Shown here: piece by piece, positions 1-10,379 of the stretch
Layout: each line of letters starts with the position of its first letter
Position numbering within the stretch: position 1 is the stretch's first letter
Source: an uncultured Pseudomonadota bacterium
GTDB lineage: Bacteria; Vulcanimicrobiota; Vulcanimicrobiia; Eremiobacterales; Eremiobacteraceae
Assembly (NCBI GenBank): GCA_963736005.1
Contig: CAVTNB010000003.1
Location: forward strand, 128,001 to 192,000
Direction of reading: 5' to 3'
Length of the DNA: 64,000 bases
Program-made: the position numbers and the translations under genes
Notes under the pieces: model-generated
The model's database searches: none
Seen by the model: the letters and a program-made list of their open reading frames with translations, nothing else
Told to the model about the DNA's origin: nothing

Positions 1-3
1 GCG

Positions 4-366
4 ATGGCGATCGACGGCGATTCATGGCTCCAATATGCGTCAGCTTCCAACTTTCCATCGCTGGAAGCAGGCGAGCTCACCTTGTATCCGGAGTCACACG
101 AAGTTTTTATTGCACAAAGAAACGTGCGCTGTAACCGCACTCAGTTTCGTTTGCTTGCGAAGTTGCTCTCCGAGTTTTGTAAGACCGTGTCGTACGAACA
201 AATGATGGAGACACAAGGTCGTCCGCTCAGCACGGGCGAGCACAATCTGCTCAAGGTTGAGATATGCAACTTGCGCCGCCTGCTGCGCAAGCATGGAGCC
301 CTCTTGGAGATCCGCAACGTGTATGGGCAAGGGTATCAGGCCCGGCCCAGTCGATCCATAGACTGA
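4..366 (+). CDS. OmpR/PhoB-type winged-helix DNA-binding domain protein (may be 5'-truncated by the window edge)
   Basis: trans_reg_C-like pattern: FRLLAKL...LKVEICNLRRLL...IRNVYGQGY. Confidence 0.7.
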   Translation: MAIDGDSWLQYASASNFPSLEAGELTLYPESHEVFIAQRNVRCNRTQFRLLAKLLSEFCKTVSYEQMMETQGRPLSTGEHNLLKVEICNLRRLLRKHGALLEIRNVYGQGYQARPSRSID

Positions 367-487
367 CTTTCGGAGCGCTTCCCTCCGTTTGTACTCGAAT
401 TCAGCCGAAGGTGCGAGAAGAGCGAGTCGACGTCGTGATATTGTTCATATTACCGTCGGCGAGCCCCCATGGCTTGCCGACGGCGAG

Positions 488-548
488 CGCGCGAATAAAT
501 TCGCGCGACTACCTTCCCCGCGAGCGCGAATAAATTCGCGCGACTACA
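488..548 (-). repeat. Two REP family-2 copies (GTAG-TCGCGCGAAT-TT-ATTCGCGC)
   Basis: GTAG head plus palindrome, seen twice; the second head provides the TAG stop of the 544..1251 gene. Confidence 0.85.
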
Positions 549-1251
549 TTGACTCGGCGTTGGCGCTAGGTTTCACGTTCGGATTGTGCTCTGCGAATGC
601 ACCTAGGGGATTTGGCACAAGCCAAATCTCGATATCCCAGATCGCCGGGAATTCGAAAACAAATGCGACATCGTTGACGCTTTTTGCTTTCCCGAGCTTC
701 ACGACATCTTCTTTGGTCGGATTCGAGAGCGATCCACCGATCTTCGCCATACCCTTTGGACCGACGCCACCAAATTGAATGCCTGAGGCGCTCTTCACTC
801 CGAAGTGTGCGTGATGTTCGAACGTGAGCCAACGCGATGCCGACATGCCCCAAAGCACAGGCGTTGTTTTCGAATCTGCCGTCGGAATAGAAAAGTCGGC
901 ACCAATCAACTTGCCGTTGACATCGTACCAGAGCTGGCTCGGGTGCTTGGGATCGCTTTTCCAGTAGCTAGTGTTGACCCAGCTAATCGCGCCGGTATTG
1001 TCCTCGTTTGTGTAGCGGAAGTAGCCGGCGGCTGCGGCTTGCGCGGTTGTTCCAAACCGGTTTTGAAGATCCACGGTGACCGAACTGATGAATTGCTGCT
1101 CGCTCGCCGTCGCGGGCGGAGCGGCAGTTGGAGCCGGGGCAGTGGTTGGCATTGTGGAGGCCGCTCGAGCGGGCCCGAGCGTGGCAGCGGCGCAGCACAA
1201 GAATAGAATGAGGACTGAAAGCTTTAATGTATTCATGCGCGCCGAGTTCAT
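544..1251 (-). CDS. Secreted hypothetical protein
   Basis: Signal peptide, Pro/Ala/Thr linker, then a globular domain with PSQLWYD, HHAH and NPLGAFAEHNP motifs. Confidence 0.7.
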   Translation of the reverse strand: MNSARMNTLKLSVLILFLCCAAATLGPARAASTMPTTAPAPTAAPPATASEQQFISSVTVDLQNRFGTTAQAAAAGYFRYTNEDNTGAISWVNTSYWKSDPKHPSQLWYDVNGKLIGADFSIPTADSKTTPVLWGMSASRWLTFEHHAHFGVKSASGIQFGGVGPKGMAKIGGSLSNPTKEDVVKLGKAKSVNDVAFVFEFPAIWDIEIWLVPNPLGAFAEHNPNVKPSANAESM

Positions 1252-1280
1252 CAGGCAGCGATGAAAAGTCCTTCTGTGTT

Positions 1281-1345
1281 GAGCGGACCTAAAGGTCCGC
1301 TGCTACAACGGCCATCAGGTCGCGAATAAATTCGCGACACTACAT
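1281..1345 (-). repeat. REP family-1 copy (1281-1307) and family-2 copy (about 1319-1345)
   Basis: gagcggacctaaaggtccgctgctaca and gtcgcgaataaattcgcgacactaca. Confidence 0.85.
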
Positions 1346-1352
1346 GGTCCAC

Positions 1353-1387
1353 AAAAAGAACGAGGCTCCCGGGATCCAGGAGCCTCG
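1353..1387 (-). terminator. Intrinsic terminator of the TonB-dependent receptor gene
   Basis: CGAGGCTCC/GGAGCCTCG stem followed by TTCTTTTT on the minus strand. Confidence 0.75.
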
Positions 1388-1409
1388 ACGTTGGCGAGAA
1401 CCGCGACTA

Positions 1410-4400
1410 CTAGAGGCTGATCTTCACTTGGAAGACCGCTTGCAGCGGCGCGGCGATGGGGTTCTCCTGGTACGGGTACTGTATCTCGGGTTCGAATGTC
1501 GCACCCGGGTTGTAGATGTTGGCGCCGTACTTCACGGGCGCACTATAGCCAGGCAGCAGGTAGGCTCCGCATACGGCCTTAGTCGCAAGTCGCGTCCACG
1601 GCTCTGCAGTACCACCCGAACAGGAGTTGATGATGTTTGCCGCGCCGATCGTAAAAGTCATCCGCGGCGAAGCAATGTACGAGACTTGGGCGTGCATCAA
1701 GAACTGATTGGGAGCTCTGAACGCGCCCAGGCTGTCGAACTGTTTGGTGAACGGGTCTGGAATCGCTATTCCGAGTCCGTTAGCGGGATTCGTTGCACCG
1801 CAAGTCGTTGCATCGAATGGTGAGCCACCTGGTGCCCCGTACGGGTACCGCGGATCACCCGAGATAGGAGATGCAAGAGTTGCCGTGCACGCTGCCGGGT
1901 TAACTCCGTACCCGCTCAGAGGATCTCCGTAGTAGGTCCCCTCGAAGAACTGGAATTGCGGCGATATAGCCCATTTGTCGTGTTTGAAGTTAAGCACGAG
2001 CGAGGCTACGTTTGGCGTTTCGTAGGATGCCGAAGCAGCCTCGATTCCACCCGGAATCGTGCTGAACGGGATGTAGTTGGCACTTGGATCAAGCGTTGGT
2101 TGCGCCGGAGCATTCCAGTATGGATTTGCTACGTCACCAGCGGCGCAGACCGGGGCGCCAACGCCAGCGGTCGTGTAGCACGGGAACGCGTTGGCATTAC
2201 CAAACGAGCCGCAACGACTTGTCGTGCTGCTGTTTGGCGCCGCACCGTTGCATCCGCTGGTAAACGAGTTGTACTGTTGGATGGAGATGTTGATGGAATC
2301 GAGCACGGTACCACCGTTGCCCAGCTTACTGAAACTGATGTACGAGTGGTTGTAGGTGTAGGCAAGCAGCGCCGAGAGGCCGTTCTCGTTGAAGTTACCG
2401 AGGTTGAGTTGGAATTCAACGCCCTCTCCGGTCTGATTGCCAACATTCAGACCTGAAACGAAATTGGTCTTCTGATCTAGGAAGAAGTTTTGGATTTGGT
2501 TATGGGTCTTGCGATAGTAGGGCGTCAGCTTGAAGCTAGCTTCGGTTCCCGCGAAGTGATGCTCCCACGAAAGATCAAAGTTATCCGATGTGGGGGGATA
2601 GATCGCGTGCGTCGTGGTGTTGAAACCGTACGCGTAGAAGTTCTTGCCGTCATATGACGGTAGGTCTTGGTTCAGCAGGTTGTACTGTTCGAAGGCCGTG
2701 TTCGGAGCCTGGTCGTAACGCCCAGCGCTAAACCGGATCACGTTGTCTTGGTTCGCAGTGAACGTGGCTCCCAAGCGCGGCTGGAAGATATAGAACGTTT
2801 CCGAATCGTTCGGCAGGTTTGTCAACGTCGCCGGAACGCTTTGGATGCCGTTCACTAACGGACACGGTGAGTTTGCTGCAGTATCGTCTGCCACGTTATA
2901 GAACGGCTTGTTTCCACCGCCCGGCAGCGCGCAGTACGAGTTGTTCCACGCGGCAAACCAGAACGGTCGCGCCGCCGTGGCTGCGGTATTGGACAGTTGG
3001 TAGGAGAAGCGGTCTTCTCGCAGGCCCGCATCGATGAACAGTTGGCTCGTGGGCTTCCATTGATCTCGGATGCCAACGTTGGCGAAGTTGGGCTTGGCGT
3101 AGTTGCCGCCACCGATTTGTCCGTTTTCAGCCACAAACCATTCGCACGCTGGGCCGCCGCAGTTTGGCGCGGGCAGAGGAGCCCCCGCGAGTGCTTGCCC
3201 TAATGTAAAGGTCTGCGCAAATGCGGAGTGACAGCTAATCGCGGTCCCGGCCGGGGGTGCGCCTGCGGACCCGTTCGAGTAGCAGATGCCCGCTGTTGGA
3301 TTGGCCGAGCTGGTCGCATACGCGAAGTTGCTTAGTCCTTCGAGTTGGTTGATCATCGTGACATCGTTTGCACGATAGTCGATGCCAGCGATATCATTGA
3401 GATCGAAGGTTATGAGGTTCTTGTCATTGATCTGGTCTCCGTACGAAAGGGAACCGCCTTGCTGATTCTGTCGTACGTAGTAGTTGAGTGGGCAGTAGCC
3501 TACGAAATTTGTGTCCAGGGTAATTGGACACGTCTGCGGCCACTCCGAATAATCGGAGAACCCGTAAACTCGTAGGTACGCGGACGAACCGATGTTGTGC
3601 TGGTATTGCGCCTTGATGATCGAGTTGGGATTGGCCGTACCATCACGCTGGTTGAACGGGATGAACGCCGGACCGTTCGCAATGCTGTTTGGGTTGTACG
3701 CGAAATAGACTGGGTGGGTCATCGCTTGGTAGTTTGACGCTAGCGGAGCCCCGACGGCGCCGAGATATTGGATGCCCAAGCCGAAGTTACCAGCGAAGTA
3801 TTGATAGTTTTGGCTACCATTGAGCGCTGCAAAGGCTGGGTCGCTGAATCCCCAGTCGCTCGCAGAGCTGTAGTACTTGTTGTTCAGGTATGACACATCG
3901 TAGAGCAACTGAATATCATCTTTTCCGCTGTCATTACGGTGCGGCAACCCGAAGTGCAGGTTGACCAGGTTCTCCCGGTCATAGACGTTCGACACGTCCA
4001 CGGCGTCGATCGGCGGTGCCAAGGCTAGACCGCCCGGACCGATGCCCGACGCGTAGCAACTGCGGAAATTAAGATTCGTCGCATTTCCAGGGCAAGGGAG
4101 GTTCGCAAATGGCGTGCCAAACGTGCTCTGGTAGCTCGCGCCGTTGTTTTGGTCGATGTAACGGAAATCTTGAGCCGTATTGGTGCTCGCAATGTAGTAC
4201 GAGAAGTTCCGATCCGGAGTGGCTCCGCCAACTTCGATGCTCCCCGAGTTGTACAGCGTTGGCGCGCCGATACCCAGCGACAGGTTGGAGAACCCGGGAT
4301 ACGTTCCGGCCTTGATGACCTGATTGATGTACCCGGCCAATCCCTGGCCTTGAGAGTCGGTGGGAGCTGCGCCGGTGTAGACTTGCAGTTCCTGTTGACC

Positions 4401-5048
4401 GAGTGTTGATGCGGTCGTTGTCGGATAGTTATCGTACGAACGCAGTACAGGTACGCCGTCGAATTCGTAGCCTACCTGATCGTAGTCGCCACCGCGGATA
4501 TGGATGGTTTGAAACCAACCCATCTGACCAGGCGGGACCACGACGCCGGGCGTCGATGCGAGCGCCGAATACGCTTGGTTGAGGCTTCCGCCGCCGCCAA
4601 GATTTGCGACTTTCGCCTGTACCGTCGGGTTGATTGAATACACGTCTGAAGTCGTGCCAGGCTTCACAAGCTCGCCGACCGCACGCGTGGTAACTACACC
4701 AAGCGTTTTGACCGCTTGGGTCGTTATCGTGATCGTTCGTGTGTTATCGGCGAGGACGGTGATACCCGAACGGGTGATGGTCGTATAACCTTCCTTTGCG
4801 GCCGTGACCGTGTACGTGTCAGGGATAAGGGAAACGAACGCAAAGTGTCCAGCTGTGTCCGATTTCGTTGAATTCGCTTCGGATGGGGCTGTTACGCTGA
4901 CGGTTGCGTCAGCGACAGGCGCGCCGGTATCGACAAGGACATAACCGGTAAGCGCTCCAGTTGTGCTCGCTGCCAATGCCCATGTTCCTTGACAGACCAC
5001 AACTAGGGCCGCCAGTATGCCGGCGCGACCTAGGAGTTTTAGTAACAT
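1410..5048 (-). CDS. TonB-dependent outer-membrane receptor with N-terminal carboxypeptidase-regulatory-like domain
   Basis: About 1212 aa; signal peptide, PDTYTVTAAKEGY, plug motif IRGG...YEFDGVP, C-terminal beta-strand FQVKISL; start MLLKLL preferred over 5090. Confidence 0.85.
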   Translation of the reverse strand: MLLKLLGRAGILAALVVVCQGTWALAASTTGALTGYVLVDTGAPVADATVSVTAPSEANSTKSDTAGHFAFVSLIPDTYTVTAAKEGYTTITRSGITVLADNTRTITITTQAVKTLGVVTTRAVGELVKPGTTSDVYSINPTVQAKVANLGGGGSLNQAYSALASTPGVVVPPGQMGWFQTIHIRGGDYDQVGYEFDGVPVLRSYDNYPTTTASTLGQQELQVYTGAAPTDSQGQGLAGYINQVIKAGTYPGFSNLSLGIGAPTLYNSGSIEVGGATPDRNFSYYIASTNTAQDFRYIDQNNGASYQSTFGTPFANLPCPGNATNLNFRSCYASGIGPGGLALAPPIDAVDVSNVYDRENLVNLHFGLPHRNDSGKDDIQLLYDVSYLNNKYYSSASDWGFSDPAFAALNGSQNYQYFAGNFGLGIQYLGAVGAPLASNYQAMTHPVYFAYNPNSIANGPAFIPFNQRDGTANPNSIIKAQYQHNIGSSAYLRVYGFSDYSEWPQTCPITLDTNFVGYCPLNYYVRQNQQGGSLSYGDQINDKNLITFDLNDIAGIDYRANDVTMINQLEGLSNFAYATSSANPTAGICYSNGSAGAPPAGTAISCHSAFAQTFTLGQALAGAPLPAPNCGGPACEWFVAENGQIGGGNYAKPNFANVGIRDQWKPTSQLFIDAGLREDRFSYQLSNTAATAARPFWFAAWNNSYCALPGGGNKPFYNVADDTAANSPCPLVNGIQSVPATLTNLPNDSETFYIFQPRLGATFTANQDNVIRFSAGRYDQAPNTAFEQYNLLNQDLPSYDGKNFYAYGFNTTTHAIYPPTSDNFDLSWEHHFAGTEASFKLTPYYRKTHNQIQNFFLDQKTNFVSGLNVGNQTGEGVEFQLNLGNFNENGLSALLAYTYNHSYISFSKLGNGGTVLDSINISIQQYNSFTSGCNGAAPNSSTTSRCGSFGNANAFPCYTTAGVGAPVCAAGDVANPYWNAPAQPTLDPSANYIPFSTIPGGIEAASASYETPNVASLVLNFKHDKWAISPQFQFFEGTYYGDPLSGYGVNPAACTATLASPISGDPRYPYGAPGGSPFDATTCGATNPANGLGIAIPDPFTKQFDSLGAFRAPNQFLMHAQVSYIASPRMTFTIGAANIINSCSGGTAEPWTRLATKAVCGAYLLPGYSAPVKYGANIYNPGATFEPEIQYPYQENPIAAPLQAVFQVKISL

Positions 5049-5204
5049 TTCTGACCCTTTCTGAAGACAGTGGAACTTCGAATATGCCACGTCTAAAGTG
5101 CGAACACCCCAGGGCGCTCAAAGGCCCTGCGGTTTATCGCGGGTCATTAATTCTAAATTAACGCTACCATAATCCTCTGTCCCGCGAATCTTTTAAGGAC
5201 AGAT

Positions 5205-5732
5205 CTAGAGCGCTTCGACCGTGATTTCGCCGTTCGTGTAGATGCAGATCGTGGCCGCGATGGATAGGGCTTCTCGGGCGATTTCTTCAGCTTTGAGCTG
5301 CGTATGCCGTAGGAGAGCCGCGGCGGCAGCTTGGGCATATGGCCCTCCGCTGCCGATGGCCGCGACATTGTCATCGGGCTCCACCACGTCGCCCGTTCCC
5401 GACAGGACGAAGAGATGCTCTGAGTCCCCCACGATGAGGAGCGCTTCGAGCCGCCGCAGGTAGCGATCGGTGCGCCACTCCTTGGCAAGCTCCACTGCGG
5501 CCCGCGTGAGGTTGCCTCGGAACTCGGAAAGCTTGCTTTCGAACTTGTCGAGCAGCGTGATACCGTCGGCTGCCGATCCAGCAAATCCGGCGAGCACCTT
5601 GCCGTCGCCGATGCGGCGAACCTTGCGCGCTTTGTGCTTCATCACCGTCTTGTCAAACGTCACTTGGCCATCGCCGGCGATGGCAAGATGACCGTCGCGC
5701 AGCACTGCGCAAATAGTTGTCGAGTGCATCAT
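5205..5732 (-). CDS. hslV: ATP-dependent protease peptidase subunit HslV
   Basis: [34 protein letters not shown]. Confidence 0.97.
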   Translation of the reverse strand: MMHSTTICAVLRDGHLAIAGDGQVTFDKTVMKHKARKVRRIGDGKVLAGFAGSAADGITLLDKFESKLSEFRGNLTRAAVELAKEWRTDRYLRRLEALLIVGDSEHLFVLSGTGDVVEPDDNVAAIGSGGPYAQAAAAALLRHTQLKAEEIAREALSIAATICIYTNGEITVEAL

Positions 5733-7138
5733 GAGACAAGGTCCTTTGCGACATGGGCGACTTGACAGTCGCCCGCTACAAGGTCGCCCACAATCTTGTC
5801 GACTTCGCAGAGTGCCCGTTGCGCGAGTTGCCGGCGGCGCTCTCGCTTATCACGAACTTTCTTGGGCAGCGGTGCCATATAAGCGAAAGAAACACTTTGT
5901 GGCTGGAAGTCTGCGCTCGTGTCATCGCGCAAGTACGCTAGGAGGCTACCGAGCGCAGTCGTCGGCGGTGGCAAGAACATTTCACCTTGCCCACTGAGGC
6001 GACGGCATGCGTTGTGTGCGGCGAGCATGCCCGTGGCCGCGGCTTCGACATAGCCTTCGCACCCACTGATCTGGCCGGCGAGAAATACATTGTGCGCATT
6101 GCGCAGCGAGAGATCTGCGTTGAGAACACGAGGCGCATCCACAAACGTGTTGCGATGCATCACTCCTAGTCTGAGCCATTCGGCGTTTGCAAGACCTGGG
6201 AGTTTCCCGAAGGTGGACTTTTGGGCGGGCCATGTGAGGCGTGTTTGAAAGCCGACCATATTGTAGGCCGTGCCGGCTGCGTTTTCGCGGCGCAGTTGAA
6301 CGACGGCGTAGGGGCGTGAAGGGGCGATTTGCCAATCGCCCCCTACGGGTTCGGCGAGTTGCGGAGCGTGCAGACCAACGGGCTTTAAGGGGCCGAAGCG
6401 GAGCGTGTCGGCTCCGCGGCGCGCCATTTCTTCTACCGGTAAGCAACCCTCGAAATACGGCATGGTCTCTTGTGTGGGTTCGTCTACGACCCCATGTGGT
6501 TGTGCCTTCGGACTCGTCACGAGATCCTGGACTAATTGAAGATATTGCTGCTCGTCCAACGGGATGTTCAGATAGTCCTCGCCGCCCTTACCATAGCGCG
6601 ATGCAGCGAAGACGCAAGAGCGATCGATCGAGTCTGCGCTTACAATGGGAGACGCGGCATCGAAATAGTGCAGATGGGGTTTGCCACACAATTGCGCGAG
6701 CGCCGCGGCCAGCGCGGGCGAGGCGAGCGGCCCGCACGCAACGATAACAGGATCGGAAAACTCGAGTGCTTGCACTTCCTCCCGTCGTACTTCGATCAGC
6801 GGATGACCGAGCAAGCGCTCTTCAACATAACGAGAGAATCTCTCGCGATCGACCGCCAATGCTCCGCCTGCGGGAACGGCTGTCGCGCGCGCCGCCGTCA
6901 CGATGAGCGAACCAAGCCGAGCCATCTCTTCCTTGAGCAACCCAACCGCGTTTTCCAGCGAGGTGGAACGCAAGCTATTGCTGCACACGAGTTCGGCGAA
7001 ATTGGCGGTTCGGTGCGCACCCGTGCTGACGTGCGGGCGCATTTCGTATAAGGTCACCGGGGCGCCGAGTTGCGCCGCCTGCCATGCAGCTTCGCAGCCG
7101 GCAAGCCCGCCCCCGATGATTCGCAGCCGATCCATCAT
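5729..7138 (-). CDS. trmFO: Folate/FAD-dependent tRNA m5U54 methyltransferase
   Basis: [42 protein letters not shown]; start MMDRLR overlaps the topA stop. Confidence 0.95.
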   Translation of the reverse strand: MMDRLRIIGGGLAGCEAAWQAAQLGAPVTLYEMRPHVSTGAHRTANFAELVCSNSLRSTSLENAVGLLKEEMARLGSLIVTAARATAVPAGGALAVDRERFSRYVEERLLGHPLIEVRREEVQALEFSDPVIVACGPLASPALAAALAQLCGKPHLHYFDAASPIVSADSIDRSCVFAASRYGKGGEDYLNIPLDEQQYLQLVQDLVTSPKAQPHGVVDEPTQETMPYFEGCLPVEEMARRGADTLRFGPLKPVGLHAPQLAEPVGGDWQIAPSRPYAVVQLRRENAAGTAYNMVGFQTRLTWPAQKSTFGKLPGLANAEWLRLGVMHRNTFVDAPRVLNADLSLRNAHNVFLAGQISGCEGYVEAAATGMLAAHNACRRLSGQGEMFLPPPTTALGSLLAYLRDDTSADFQPQSVSFAYMAPLPKKVRDKRERRRQLAQRALCEVDKIVGDLVAGDCQVAHVAKDLVS

Positions 7139-9352
7139 GCGCTGCGTTTTTGGCTTTGCTCTTCTTCCCTTTCCGGGGAGATGATGATTCCGCTCGCCTG
7201 CCCGTTGGGTGAGGTCACGGCCTCGACAAAACCATGCTCGTGGCTCCCGTCGACCGGGCAAACGATCTTACCCTCCGCCCGCCCATGCTTGCGGACGAGG
7301 AAAGAACCGCAGATGGCGCAGGCCGAACCGACGATTGGCGTATCCCAGGCAACAAACGTACACTCCGGATACTTCTCGCAGCCATAAAACACGCGGCCAC
7401 GCTTGCTTCGGCGCTCCAAGATTCGGCCGCCGTCGCGCGGGCAGATAACGCCGGAATCTTTGATAATTGGTCGCGTGGTCTTGCACTCCGGGTATCCCGA
7501 GCAGGCAAGGAACTTGCCAAAACGACCCGTCTTGATCTTCATTGGGCGCCCGCAGGTTGGACACACCTCGTCGGTCTCGTCTTCTACGAGCTCGACTTTT
7601 GGGAACAACTCTTCGGCAAGCTTGAGATCTGCCGCGAAGGGTCCGTAAAACGTGCGCAGCAAGGACACCCAATCGTCGTGAGCCTCCTCGACACGATCCA
7701 AACGCCGCTCCATCTCAGACGTAAAGTTGGCGTCGACAATCTCCTTGAAATGCTTCTCCAACAAGTCAGTGACGACAAAGCCAATCTCTTGCGGCACAAA
7801 GCGGCGTTCCATCAAGCGCACGTAGCCGCGTCCTTGTATGGTCTCGACGATGGTCGCGTAGGTGCTGGGACGTCCGATCCCTTTTTCTTCAAGCGCCTTG
7901 ACCAAGCTGGCTTCGGTGAAGCGTGGTGGCGGTTGCGTCTCGTGCTGTTCTGGGGTCACCTTGCGGGGGTCGAGGGCTTGACCTTCCTCCACGGCCGGTA
8001 GTTGCTTGCGTCGCTCCTCTTCTTCCGACGTATCCTCATCGCGAGTTTCTTCATAGATTGCGGTGTAGCCGGCAAACTTGAGCACGCTGCCAGTAGCGCG
8101 GAAGGCGCAATCGCCGGCAGTGATGTCGATGGTGGTCTGGTCGTACACTGCCGGTGACATCTGGCTAGCTACGAATCGTTCCCAGATGAGCTTATAAACC
8201 TTGAGCTGCGCTGCGTCCAGATACTGCGCCATGCTTTCAGGGGTTCGATTGACGTCGGTGGGTCGAATCGCTTCGTGAGCATCCTGCGCTGTCTCTGACA
8301 CTTTGTACTGGCGACCGCCGTGGAATTCCGCGCCGAAACGACCAATGATGTAGTCGCGCGCCATGCTCTGCGCCGTTTCCGAAAGCCGCGTTGAGTCCGT
8401 GCGCATATAGGTGATGAGACCGACCGTTCCGTCACCCGTGTCGACCCCTTCGTAGAGTCCTTGCGCCAGTTGCATCGTCTTACGCACGCGCATCTTCAGT
8501 CTACGTGACGCCTCTTGCTGCAGCGTGCTCGTGGTAAACGGACTGCGTGGAAAATCACGCCGCTCGGAGCGCTTGATGCCGGTAATCGAAAAGTGGGTTG
8601 TCTTCAAACGCTCGGCGAGCGCGTGCGCATCGTCGCTGGTTGTGACGTACATGCTCTTTTGGCCGACGGCGGCAGCCACGTCGGCGGGAACATTTGATTT
8701 CTTGCCTGCGACCGACACGAGATCCGCCACGAATGTATGTAAAGCATCGTGGTGCCCGTGCGGCCACAACGGTCGCGGAGACGGTCCAGTACTCGTGTTT
8801 GCGGAAGGCGGCGATTTCGCGTTCGCGATCGACAATAAGTTTCACCGCGACCGACTGCACGCGTCCAGCTGAGAGCCCGCCTCGAACCTTGCGCCACAGC
8901 AGCGGTGAAATCTGATAGCCGACAAGCCGATCCAGGATTCGACGCGCCTGCTGCGCATTGACTCGATCGGCGTTGATTGGGCTTGGGTTTTTCAGTGCTT
9001 CTTGGGCGGCGTGTTTGGTTATTTCATGGAGCTCAATGCGCTTGGGTTCCTGGAGTTTGAGCAGCTCCGCGAGATGCCAGGCGATGGCTTCCCCTTCGCG
9101 GTCGGGATCGGTGGCAAGATAGACATGAGTCGCCTTTTTGGCTGCGCTGCGCAACTCTTTGATGACGTCGCCCTTGCCTTTGATGGTCACATAGGAGGGC
9201 GTGAAGTCATGCTCGATATCGACGCCGAGGCGGCTCTTGGGAAGATCGCGGACGTGTCCGACCGACGCGAGTACTTGATATCGGGAGCCGAGGAATTTTT
9301 TGAGGGTACGGGCTTTCGCCGGTGACTCCACTATGATGAGGGACTTTGACAA
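7135..9352 (-). CDS. topA: DNA topoisomerase I with an apparent +1 frameshift near 8770 (probable sequencing error)
   Basis: N-terminal TOPRIM ([25 protein letters not shown]) in ORF 8555..9406; [25 protein letters not shown] and Zn ribbons in ORF 7135..8835. Confidence 0.93.
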
Positions 9353-9432
9353 ACTGGCCTTTCCGCATGAACCGCGTCGATTGAGCTCGACCGCTGCTCG
9401 GGACACCGTCCCCGATGGTTCAAACGTCCCCT

Positions 9433-9461
9433 ACTATACACTAGAGCGTCAAGGGTGTCAA
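9433..9461 (-). promoter_or_regulatory. Sigma70-type promoter of topA
   Basis: TTGACA, 17-bp spacer, TATAGT on the minus strand. Confidence 0.8.
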
Positions 9462-9497
9462 AAGCGGGACATATTTTATAGGGATTTGCAGACCTAG

Positions 9498-9808
9498 ATG
9501 TAGCAGCGGACCTTTAGGTCCGCTCTGGCGCAACTTGTATGTAGCAGCGGACCTTTAGGTCCGCTCTGGCGCAACTTGTATGTAGCAGCGGATCTTTAGG
9601 TCCGCTCTGGCGCAACTTGTATGTAGCAGCGGACCTTTAGGTCCGCTCTGGCTGCGACTTGTATGTAGCAGCGGATCTTTAGGTCCGCTCTGGCGCAACT
9701 TGTATGTAGCAGCGGATCTTTAGGTCCGCTCTGGCGCAACTTGTATGTAGCAGCGGATCTTTAGGTCTGCTCTGGCGCAACTTGTATGTAGCAGCGGATA
9801 TTTAGGTC
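9498..9808 (+). repeat. Tandem array of 41-bp REP family-1 units (7 full plus 1 partial)
   Basis: Unit ATGTAGCAGCGGACCTTTAGGTCCGCTCTGGCGCAACTTGT starts at 9498, 9539, 9580, 9621, 9663, 9704, 9745 and 9786. Confidence 0.95.
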
Positions 9809-9812
9809 TCCC

Positions 9813-10274
9813 TTAGCACCAAGGGTCCGGCGCGCCCGAAAATTGGTACTCTTGCGCTTCAGTCACCAAACCAGCTCGAACTGGATTCAATCTGATGTAG
9901 CGCGCAAAGTCGTGAGCATCTTCATAATCCCTCTTGATCCGCTCGTGGAAACCTCGCATCCATGAAACATCCGCGTGAGGTTTTGCATAGTGCCTGATTC
10001 CAGACTTAATCACTGCAACGAGCATGTCCAACCGAGTGCTGCCTAGGCGAAGCTTGAGCAGCAGGTGGATGTGATCAGGCATTATGCAATATGCATACAG
10101 GTAGTAGCGACCAGCCTGCCGATATCGCATGATCACGCCTTTCGCGATTTCGGCGATTTTCGGATCAGCGAAGGCCGGCGCGCGGTTTTTGGTACACATC
10201 GTTATGAAGTATGTGCGCTCCGCGCAATAGTCAAAGCCTTTCAGTCTTGGTGGCCGCATGGTAAAGCGATTCAT
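9813..10274 (-). mobile_element. REP-associated tyrosine transposase (RAYT/TnpA-REP, Y1 HUH family)
   Basis: TYFIT, CIMPDHIHLL (HUH), YIRLNPVRAGLV (catalytic Tyr plus NP motif); flanked by oppositely oriented GTAG REPs. Confidence 0.9.
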
Positions 10275-10313
10275 GGTGTCGCAATATCACGCGCGGTCAT
10301 CGCAAAAACAATA

Positions 10314-10379
10314 AGCGGACCTGAAGGTCCGCTGCTACATTTTTGCGATTGTGAGCGGACCTAAAGGTCCGCTACTACA
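10314..10379 (-). repeat. Two REP family-1 copies upstream of the RAYT
   Basis: agcggacctgaaggtccgctgctacat and gagcggacctaaaggtccgctactaca; the second overlaps the oppF 3' end. Confidence 0.9.

Noticed and set aside
5050..5200. Riboswitch upstream of the TonB-dependent receptor
   Set aside because: Only a small hairpin; no cobalamin, TPP or c-di-GMP consensus recognised.
8750..8790. Programmed frameshift in topA
   Set aside because: No slippery sequence seen; several similar indels in the window point to read error.
9498..9808. CRISPR array
   Set aside because: Inter-palindrome segments are essentially identical rather than unique spacers, no cas genes are present, and the unit matches dispersed REPs.
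9813..10274. IS200/IS605 insertion sequence with TnpB
   Set aside because: No tnpB; the NPVRAGLV motif and REP flanks fit a RAYT.
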